From a virus (taxonomy: Duplodnaviria; Caudoviricetes), in IMG/VR virus record IMGVR_UViG_3300046318_000318: a stretch of DNA of 64,000 bases; one strand, given 5' to 3'. A model generated the notes under the pieces. The model had not been told where the DNA came from, did not search any database, and was given only the letters and a program-made list of their open reading frames with translations. The translations under genes and the position numbers were made by a program. Shown piece by piece: positions 19,286-27,658 of the stretch; positions within the stretch are counted from its first letter, which is position 1, and each line of letters opens with the position of its first letter.

Positions 19286-22200
19286 TAACTCTCCAACCAA
19301 GATGAGATTGTTGCAATATTAGGCTTTGGGATACTTACGTTACCTGAAACCTGGAACGGCTTAGTCATCTGAAATATGTTAAACTCTGGTGAGAGAGGAT
19401 ACCACATATTAGACATCTTTTCGTCAAGTGAGATAGAGACATTGAGAGCGTCCATAACTACCTCACTCTAGCTTTAACTAAGTTCGCTAAACTTATTGAT
19501 CTTGCTTAAGGATCCTGATACTTTCATATCAGATTAGACTATATCTTCATCTTTCGATGCTCTTCGTTTCCACTCGCTTGAGTGTACTCCCATGTGGGAT
19601 AGTCGTTGACCACACTCCATGTAAGTATATATGTCTATACTTAGTTAGGAGCTTCGGTGCGGATTGCCCAATCCTTGTATCTTTTACCATACCCAGATAG
19701 TTACTCTGGCCACTGCATATATTTCTATCGCAGTTTGGTGCACAAGGCTCTAAGGAGTTTCCCGCAATTAGAAGAGTTTAAACGACGGCAACACTCTACC
19801 GTCAAAATCAGCATTTGGCTTATTGTCCAGTAAAGTCGCTCAGCTTCACAGCTTACCCTCTTTACCCGGTGCGCTTACACACCCACCTGTACTTTCATAC
19901 AGGAACAGATCATATCTTCATCCTTATTAAAGGATGCTCTCCGCTTCTTCCCTGCTTAGGGCTTTACTCGGTCGCAACTCCGATGATCGTTGAACTTTAC
20001 GCATGGTTGATAAGAATCAACTTTAGCGTCTTAGCTGCTGATTACCCAATTCTTATATTTTTCAAACTATCACGCTCATCGTTTCCGATCACGTTGTAGT
20101 ATATAAGACTCTAAAGGACTTCCCAGCAATTCAAAGAGATAACTTAGTCAATTACTCAACTAAGTGCCTTATCTCATCATTATTAAAATACAATGTCAAT
20201 CGCCACACACCGCCTATCAATGCTTTTCTTCTAGCTATTGTAGGGATATATTGTCTAGCATACCCAAATTGCTGACTAATATCTATAGGACTTGTTATAA
20301 TCCTAGTTTCGCCAGTTTCAACGTTTTCGATAAAATATCCGTTACCCCTAAAAGATCTTTTATCGAGACATAATTGTTTAAAGTACCTCAGCTCCTTATC
20401 GGTAAGATCTTTAAACTGTCCGTTGAAACTAAATTGCCAACCTTTAATCGGAATGTTCTTTAATCTTTTATTTTTAATAGATAGTTGAACACCCCATGAA
20501 ACACCAGTTATTTTCTCACAAGCTGCCAGCGATTCAAATTTACGTTCTTTGCGTGTGAATATATTTCTAGCAGTAACTGGTATTTTTATTTGTAAATCTT
20601 CTAAGGATGGTTTTTCCTGAGGCCATGGTCTTGCATCTAATTTTCGTTTGAAACATAATCCGTCTGAATAGATTTTAATATCGGAAGATCTAAGTCTGAC
20701 GGACACGGTTAGTTCAGAATATCCAAGTTTCAGAGAGCAATCCCTAGCACTTTTATATTCAGTCACCTCATCCGTGATTATGTTTTTAACAAGTATTGCT
20801 GAACCATACCTGAATTGATCGTACTCATTTTCTAAATTTTCATAATTTTTCCATTCTTTTAATTCAGATAGCCATTGAAACTGCATGTAATTTTCCCAAA
20901 GTTTACAACCGGGTTTTGTTTTTAACCGATGGTAAAGTAAATCATTACTCAAGCCTAATGCAATTGCGCATTGCGTCGGGTTATCATAAATAGTGATTTC
21001 ATTGGTTTTAACATTTCTAGTTATGACGTCTATGGTATACTTTTTCTCATTTTCAAGAATTCTATTTACTTTTTCATCAGATCTATCACAATTCGAATAA
21101 ATGACATTTCCTCTAGGTGTCACCCATTCTAAATTATCTAAGGTGTCAAAGCCAGGTATCTCATTTTTATGATTTACGTACAGCGATTCAACGTTTCTAG
21201 GATAATCTAGCCATGCTAAGCACATAGCTCTGTGTCTGAAAAATTTGTAAGATGTATTCTCATTAAGGGAAACATCAGGAATACCTGAATAGGAATGGTA
21301 ACCATCTCTATCACAAAAAGCTTTTTTATCCACACCAGTTATCAAATTTCTAACTTTTCCTTCCTTTGTTATACCATATCTTGTAAAACCAGGAATATAA
21401 GCATGATCTTTGTGTACTGGATGTGATAAACCAACTGGAAATTTCCAAATCAAGTTGCTAGGATGAGAGTTATTAAAATCACCGTCCTCGAACATCAAGT
21501 GTAATAAATGCACTTGACTTTCATGAACGTGAACGGGCTTAAAAGCCGAAGCTATGATAAACTCTATTGGATATAGACCAGGACCTCTTATCCAATCTAA
21601 GAAAATCAAAGTGCTTCCTGTTTCAGTTGAGATACACTCAATCTGAATGTTCTCTCGCGATATGACATCACCTTCTGAGTTAACAGAATAACGACCGTCA
21701 GACCAGGGTAGCGAAAGATAGTTTTGGGTTTGTAAATATTTACTAAGCATATATCCTTTCTATATAGAAAGGTATGCTAAACGGCGATTGACAATAATGA
21801 TAAGAATTAAGCGCGCACTGTTAAAATGTGCATTCCAATAGTGAGGTCATTTGGGTTCTTTTTGAACTTAGTAATCTTCACTCGTTGAGCCGACCCCTGC
21901 AAAAGGCTCGGATTTCTTTGGAGACATACATACAAACCTTTATCAGGCGCTTCGTCTATCAGCTCCTGCATAAACCTTTCTAACAAGGGGTGGTGTTTGT
22001 TAGTATGTTTGTATAGGAAACCAATAGAGTCATTCAGACCCATGCCGTAACGCCGCAGCTTATTCAACATGTGGATACGGTAAGCTGTGGTGGCCATACA
22101 CCAAGGAGCTTCTATTTCATCATACTCTTTACCCGCTGTAATAGAGATGATAACTGCTCGGAATGAGAAGTTGGTTCTGGCTCCGAACATGTGTTTCCTG

Positions 22201-23051
22201 AAGTGACCGTGCTTATGAGCCATCAACAACAGGGTGTCGTTGTAGAAATCACAAAGCATGATCAAGGACTTAACTGTTCGGTTTTGCTTGGTCTTACTTG
22301 TCTGATCGTAAAAGTCTCTGTCAATAGACACCATCGTGTTGACAGCATTCACAGCCTTCATAATGGAAGGATCTGTGTATGTGCCTAGCGGTTGTGTATC
22401 AAAGATCAGGACTATCTTGTTCGGCAAAGGCAGATACTCACTGAAAATTATCTTACGATAGTCTTTTAGCAAGGATTGAAGATAGTCTATCCTCTCACTC
22501 TTAAGCTCGAACTTCTGAGTCTTAGGTGCAAACTCAGTCATGGAGAAGAGAGTATCCATGATGTAATCGAAATTAGTCACAAAGTAATTGTAACCGCGCT
22601 CGATATTGCACGTCATCAGTTTGGTCAGCACTTTGTCAGGTGTTTTAGCTGCTGTCGTATAGCTTGTGTTACAAAGCCATTCGATCACAGAGAACCCTGA
22701 TTTGGTAAACCTCTTGATGAGCATCATGAAAACCACAGGAGAAATAAGCTTCTCTACCCCTACTGGTTGTTTGAGCCAGATGACTGGTTCGATATCTGAC
22801 ACAACTGAAGCTTTAACTTCAGTGTGACAGACTGGACAGATAGTACTCTTAGAATATTCACCTTTGGTATGTCCACATTGACAACTGGGAATCAGACTGA
22901 TCTGATCACTAGAGAGATGTGTGGTAAGTTTCTCTTTGACAGCCTCACGTTCTTCAAGCGTAGAACACGCCATGTGGTTGATGAGGGTGGGGGTATGACG
23001 TAATGTATAAAACATCTCGTCGTAGTTAACCAGTTCTTGGATAACAGGCAT
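19285..23051 (-). CDS. nvRNAP beta-prime subunit, N-terminal catalytic part (phiKZ gp55-like); exons 23051-21810, 19818-19798, 19452-19285; about 476 aa
   Basis: Zn ribbon CQCG...CPVC, FRKHMFGARTNFSFRAVI, QRNPSL; splicing gives ILTVRA|PNADFDG|DALN, restoring the catalytic NADFDGD. Confidence 0.93.
19453..19797 (-). mobile_element. ORF-less group I intron (345 nt) splitting NADFDG|D
   Basis: P1 GACGGU|...GCCGUC with U.G; P AAUUGCGGGAA, Q AAUCCGCA, R GUCAACGACUA, S AAGAUAUAGUC; omega-G at 19453. Confidence 0.94.
19819..21809 (-). mobile_element. group I intron (1991 nt) with an endonuclease ORF in an extended P1 loop
   Basis: P AAUUGCUGGGAA, R GUUCAACGAUCA and S AAGAUAUGAUC (compensated P7 GAUCA/UGAUC); 3' end ...GGACAAUAAG identical to the beta intron; in-frame stop right after the 5' splice site. 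Confidence 0.9.
20152..21750 (-). CDS. intron-encoded homing endonuclease (NUMOD4-HNH type, duplicated N-terminal module, C-terminal repeats)
   Basis: HRAMCLAW...VNHKN...DNLEWVT HNH; an earlier degenerate copy (FEDGDFNNSHPSNLIW); NUMOD1-like repeats YDNPTQCA, YKSARDCS, FESLAACE. Confidence 0.85.
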   Translation of the reverse strand: MLSKYLQTQNYLSLPWSDGRYSVNSEGDVISRENIQIECISTETGSTLIFLDWIRGPGLYPIEFIIASAFKPVHVHESQVHLLHLMFEDGDFNNSHPSNLIWKFPVGLSHPVHKDHAYIPGFTRYGITKEGKVRNLITGVDKKAFCDRDGYHSYSGIPDVSLNENTSYKFFRHRAMCLAWLDYPRNVESLYVNHKNEIPGFDTLDNLEWVTPRGNVIYSNCDRSDEKVNRILENEKKYTIDVITRNVKTNEITIYDNPTQCAIALGLSNDLLYHRLKTKPGCKLWENYMQFQWLSELKEWKNYENLENEYDQFRYGSAILVKNIITDEVTEYKSARDCSLKLGYSELTVSVRLRSSDIKIYSDGLCFKRKLDARPWPQEKPSLEDLQIKIPVTARNIFTRKERKFESLAACEKITGVSWGVQLSIKNKRLKNIPIKGWQFSFNGQFKDLTDKELRYFKQLCLDKRSFRGNGYFIENVETGETRIITSPIDISQQFGYARQYIPTIARRKALIGGVWRLTLYFNNDEIRHLVE

Positions 23052-23195
23052 GAGTTTCCTTTATGGTTGGTTGATGATACATTCAGACAGCGGTCACATA
23101 AAGTATATGGTATTAGTAAAATTAACAAACAGGACAAAAAAAGATACACCAGCCGAAGCTGGTGTATCTTTATGTCAGATCCGTATCTCTACAGA

Positions 23196-25064
23196 TCAGT
23201 AGCGGTAACCACCCATGTTGATGTAGTTCTGCATATGCTGAGGAGCCATGCCGAAACCCATGAACGATTGAGTAGGTGCCAGCAGACCAGCGTTGGCGAA
23301 ACTTGCAACACCGCGTTGGTTGTTGAAGTCTGCACCAGACATTGGGCTGTTGATACGCACCATCAGGTTGCAAGCCTGAATACCCTTACGCAGAGCGTCC
23401 AGGAACGTAGCGCTGAAGGTCACTCGTTGAGCATAGCCTGTAAACACAGCGGACTCATTGGACATGCTGGAGATCATACGCTTGCGATCGGAGAGACGCT
23501 CTGCCAACGAGATGTTGGTGTTCAGGTACGTTTCGGTGAACTGACGCAATGCATGCACATTGTTGGCACCAAGGATGTTGGCAGCTGCCAAGTAGTCGAT
23601 GTCACGGATGTCACGCTGAGCACCGTTGCGATCGGTGTAGTAACCCAGATGGACACGGTTACCCACATCCACGAACATCTGTGCGTTGTTCGGGAAATAG
23701 CGACCGAAGTTGCCAGCAGTCAGTTCCTGAGCAGCTTTGTACATGATGTCGTAAGCACCACCACCGCTTGCAGCAGCTGCACTGTACAGACCAGTATACC
23801 ATGCCTGAGGACCAGCTTCTGGGCAGTCAACAGCAACCATCAGACCAGGCTGAACCAGAGTGTTCAAGAACTGACCCAAGTTCTCAGTCGTAAAACTGGA
23901 AGACTTGGTGTCGAGGATGTTGCTGATACCAGTGGGTTGATTGTCAAAGTTGCCTTCGATGTTCAACGCACCTGCATCACGCAGATCCAAATCCTTAGTC
24001 ATCTGGGGTCGGAAGATCTGGTAGTAGTTGTTGTTCAACGCCAGAGCATCCATGTTCGCCACTGCCAACAGCATGTTAGCTGGAGTGTATGCGTGAGCAC
24101 TGGACAGAGTGGTGATCACAGCACGAGCTGCAAACTTCTGTGGCAAACGCTGTTGTGCAGGCATGTAGGGGTTGACCATGGGTTCACGAGGAGCCCAGAG
24201 CATTTCTACAAAGCCGCCAACTTCACTGATGCGAGTCTCACGACCGCCGCTGTTCAGACTGCGGTTCTGATTTTGGTTCTGATTGTTCTGAGCTGCAAAG
24301 CTCAGTTGGAAGTCAGAACGAATCAAGTTACCGACATCGTCAGCCACAGGTGTCGAACCAAAGGTCATGTTGATGACCAATTGTTGACCCGTAGGGATCT
24401 GCGACAGGTTCAGATCCTGGAACGTAGGAACCAGTTGAGACAACTCAGTACCGTTAGCCAAGCCAGCGTTCAGTGCCAGCTTATACACAGCAGCTTTGTC
24501 CTTCGTATTGAAAGTAGCTGGTACGACAGTGGCGTCGGTGAACCGCAGTTCGTGCTGAGGAAACGCACGACCAACAGCCGCCTTGGCTTTTGCAATCAAG
24601 ATGTCGTCGAGAGCATCGCCCGCTACCCGATACAACTCGATTTGCTTTTGGTGGTGGTACTGCACCACAGGAGTGGGTTTGTCACCAGTTGCTTCGAGGA
24701 TCAGCACATGGAATGCTACCTTGTTAGGTACATCCTTCAGACGCATCGCCACGACCAGGCAAGAGAATGCCAGAGCCGTTTCGTTCTGGTTGTCCAGATC
24801 CAGAATGCTGATCAGACTGTCAGAACTTGCGTTCTTGTAGATCTCAATAAGTGCGGTCTTGAGGTCGTTGTAAGCCTCAGACCCAATTGAGCGACCGATA
24901 GGGGCACCGAAGATGTTACCGCCGGAACCGAAGTTCCAAGAAGATTTCACAGGTGCTTGTTGGGTAGCAGTAGCTGCTTGACCAGGAGAACCGGCTTGGG
25001 TGAAAGCGGTTGCTTCAGCAGAGGTTGCAGAAGCGGAAGAGTTGTTACCAGTATTGAGAGCCAT
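23196..25064 (-). CDS. chmA: chimallin, major phage-nucleus shell protein
   Basis: 622 aa, strongly biased codons, low-complexity N-terminus, directly upstream of the gp55-like beta-prime gene as phiKZ gp54 is; assigned by synteny and size. Confidence 0.8.
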   Translation of the reverse strand: MALNTGNNSSASATSAEATAFTQAGSPGQAATATQQAPVKSSWNFGSGGNIFGAPIGRSIGSEAYNDLKTALIEIYKNASSDSLISILDLDNQNETALAFSCLVVAMRLKDVPNKVAFHVLILEATGDKPTPVVQYHHQKQIELYRVAGDALDDILIAKAKAAVGRAFPQHELRFTDATVVPATFNTKDKAAVYKLALNAGLANGTELSQLVPTFQDLNLSQIPTGQQLVINMTFGSTPVADDVGNLIRSDFQLSFAAQNNQNQNQNRSLNSGGRETRISEVGGFVEMLWAPREPMVNPYMPAQQRLPQKFAARAVITTLSSAHAYTPANMLLAVANMDALALNNNYYQIFRPQMTKDLDLRDAGALNIEGNFDNQPTGISNILDTKSSSFTTENLGQFLNTLVQPGLMVAVDCPEAGPQAWYTGLYSAAAASGGGAYDIMYKAAQELTAGNFGRYFPNNAQMFVDVGNRVHLGYYTDRNGAQRDIRDIDYLAAANILGANNVHALRQFTETYLNTNISLAERLSDRKRMISSMSNESAVFTGYAQRVTFSATFLDALRKGIQACNLMVRINSPMSGADFNNQRGVASFANAGLLAPTQSFMGFGMAPQHMQNYINMGGYRY

Positions 25065-25364
25065 GATTTTCCTTGAGTTATGGAAGGTTAAAATTGATTG
25101 TGCACAATCAGCCTTTAGAGCTAAAGACTAAGCAGAACTACTCGTTAAAACTAATTATCGACTAGGGCCAAATAAAGTATATGAACCCTGGTTTTTTTAG
25201 AAACGGGATTTTTGCGGCCAAGAGTTTACTCAGAGGTTACCCTCTAAGTTGCACGGACGTTCAGTTCCATACTATAAGTATACTGTCTGTAAAAAATGTA
25301 CCTAACTTTTATCTTAAGTCTAATCACTATAGCAATCTTATGAATTATTTTTAAAGCCAGAACC

Positions 25365-26444
25365 ATGTACGAGCTTTTCACAAAACGTTTCGAAGAAAAT
25401 AACGATATCATACGTCCTGGTCAAATAGACCTCATCAAGAGAAACTATCAGAAACAGATCACTAAAATTGAAAACTATTACAGAGCATCTGGCTTTAGTG
25501 TAAGAAGCAAACATTTGTTCTGTAGGATCATCACGACAGCTTTATCTGGCATGTCTTTAGATATATACAGATTCAATCAGCTGAATGATCTAAGGGCCAA
25601 TAACTACGCTAGGTATTTTGAACTGACCTCAGAAGTAAGCTTTGGTAAATTCAGAAAAGACTTTCTATATAGAGGGTTGACTGGTTTGCTATCTATATCC
25701 GAATATTTCGACGTAGCTGAGGCTTATAGAGACTGGGAAAACTTAAGACCTGTGGAGGTACTTACACACAACGTAAGCAACACAAGGTTTTTACTACCTG
25801 ACAATCCAAACTACAACAGTGAAGAAGGCATCAACTACGTCAAGATAGACATACCTAAGTTATTGTTGATGTACAGAGCTTTCTATGAGAAACAGGTAAG
25901 TGCCAGAGGAGATGTTGACGGTGGTATGGTCCCCGTGGCTCAGTTTGTCATGAGGTATGTATTACCTAACATGATGAGATCTCATTTAGAGCTGGTTTTG
26001 TTTAACAGATTTAACAATTTGTTAACTGGTGAGCCTATGGGTGAGACTTATAAGAACCACCCTTTTCCTGTTCTGGATCAAGATAAGTCTTTAGATAATG
26101 TTCTCTATGAGCTGGTCAAACATGTTCAAAGAAAACCTATGCACTATTATAGTGTATTGAAGCTGATACCTTCTGTCTACTCAGAAGACTTTCAACAGTT
26201 TGGTCTGATGCCTGATTTAGCACCTACCAAACAAGTCTGGTGGTATCTGCTTATGTCTAAGAGAAGAGTTATGGAAATGTTAATGACACAGAACCCTGAG
26301 AGGGGTGAGAGGTTAAACAATTTCTATATACAGGATCTTAAAGTAGATCTGCAAAGATTGAACAGAGACAACAGTCTGAATTTCATGAAACAAGATGATT
26401 TGTTCATGGATGATATACTGTTTGCTAATGAACATTCTAAATAA
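25365..26444 (+). CDS. conserved hypothetical protein of the chimallin/polymerase block
   Basis: 359-aa ORF divergent from chimallin. Confidence 0.8.
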   Translation: MYELFTKRFEENNDIIRPGQIDLIKRNYQKQITKIENYYRASGFSVRSKHLFCRIITTALSGMSLDIYRFNQLNDLRANNYARYFELTSEVSFGKFRKDFLYRGLTGLLSISEYFDVAEAYRDWENLRPVEVLTHNVSNTRFLLPDNPNYNSEEGINYVKIDIPKLLLMYRAFYEKQVSARGDVDGGMVPVAQFVMRYVLPNMMRSHLELVLFNRFNNLLTGEPMGETYKNHPFPVLDQDKSLDNVLYELVKHVQRKPMHYYSVLKLIPSVYSEDFQQFGLMPDLAPTKQVWWYLLMSKRRVMEMLMTQNPERGERLNNFYIQDLKVDLQRLNRDNSLNFMKQDDLFMDDILFANEHSK

Positions 26445-26452
26445 GGAACCTT

Positions 26453-27262
26453 ATGTCTATACTGACTAAAGCTTTAGATGAGATAAAGTACAGGATACCT
26501 ATACAGGTACTGATGGAAGCTTTTAAACCTAATCATACCACATGGAGACCCACAGCTCCCGTGAGTATGGATTCTGAAATATTAAATAAAGTCATTAAGC
26601 CTAGAGTGGTGGTCGATACCAACATCGTAGGCGGTCAGACTGCTTTGATATCTTTAGATGGTTTAACTCCTGAGTATATAGATAGGTATAGCATGCTGTA
26701 CCATATACCACCAGAGAGATTGAACAACAGAGCTATTATGTCTGTGTTATCTGTAGGCTTAGCTCCTTATGGAGTAGGTAACAACGGATTTCCTTCTGTA
26801 GCCAGTAACTGTTCCAGTGATCTGGTGGGTGTTGGGGCCAGAGTGGGTAACTCTTTCTCATCTGTACCTATGATGTCAAATGCCACTGCTGAATTGGTAG
26901 AAAGATCTACCGTAGTGGTCAGAGACAGCGCACATCCTAATTACTATTATGTATTAAGATGTGTGGTGGCTAATGAAGCTAACATGGAAAATATAAACCC
27001 CAGATCTTGGCACGTTTTTGCTAAGCTTTGTGAATTGGCTGTAAAGTCTTATATCTACAACACCATGTTGATAAAGATGGATCAGGCTTTTCTGTCTGGC
27101 GGTCAAGAGTTAGGCGCTTTTAAGAATTACGTAGAGGGCCTGTCTGATAGTGAAGAGATGTATCAGACTCAGTTACGTGAAGTATGGCAAGCAGTTAACT
27201 TTATGAATTCTGCTTCTGATTACAGCAGGTTTATTAGATTACAGGTAAGTCCTGGGATTTAA
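26453..27262 (+). CDS. conserved hypothetical protein
   Basis: 269-aa ORF with SD AAGGA. Confidence 0.8.
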   Translation: MSILTKALDEIKYRIPIQVLMEAFKPNHTTWRPTAPVSMDSEILNKVIKPRVVVDTNIVGGQTALISLDGLTPEYIDRYSMLYHIPPERLNNRAIMSVLSVGLAPYGVGNNGFPSVASNCSSDLVGVGARVGNSFSSVPMMSNATAELVERSTVVVRDSAHPNYYYVLRCVVANEANMENINPRSWHVFAKLCELAVKSYIYNTMLIKMDQAFLSGGQELGAFKNYVEGLSDSEEMYQTQLREVWQAVNFMNSASDYSRFIRLQVSPGI

Positions 27263-27274
27263 AGTAAAAAAAAA

Positions 27275-27312
27275 AATAACACCCCTAGTCCTTACAGGCT
27301 GGGGGTGTTATT
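27275..27312. terminator. bidirectional terminator
   Basis: AATAACACCCC...GGGGTGTTATT with A and T runs. Confidence 0.75.
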
Positions 27313-27540
27313 TTACCACTCAAATCCAACATGCCAATACACGTTGCATATTTTCTCACCAGCTTTCTGATCAGAAACCCCATACAAAAGTATGGGCACG
27401 CCACTCAAATTGAGGTTCTTCCCACATGAGAACCCGGACGAGAAGTCCGTTGTGGTGGAAAGGGAAATTTTTCCTTCCGTCACATGTTTGCAACTCCGGC
27501 AAGGTAGTCCGTCGCTCATAACCATCTCCTTAGCCATCAA
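27313..27540 (-). CDS. small Cys-containing hypothetical protein (start may be at MVMSDG or MSDG)
   Basis: own promoter-like motif at 27577-27600, internal SD AAGGAG, terminator downstream. Confidence 0.55.
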   Translation of the reverse strand: MMAKEMVMSDGLPCRSCKHVTEGKISLSTTTDFSSGFSCGKNLNLSGVPILLYGVSDQKAGEKICNVYWHVGFEW

Positions 27541-27658
27541 GTATTACAGAAGTGTAACTTAAACTGATAACGATAGTCAAGTTAAGTATATATGACTGAA
27601 TTTATTTATAAGCCGAAAAAGACACTACCCAGCTCTAAGCTGGGTAGTGTCTTAAATC

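Noticed and set aside
23037-24890. 617-aa plus-strand ORF
   Set aside because: Antisense shadow of the strongly codon-biased chimallin gene; no SD and no protein-like motifs
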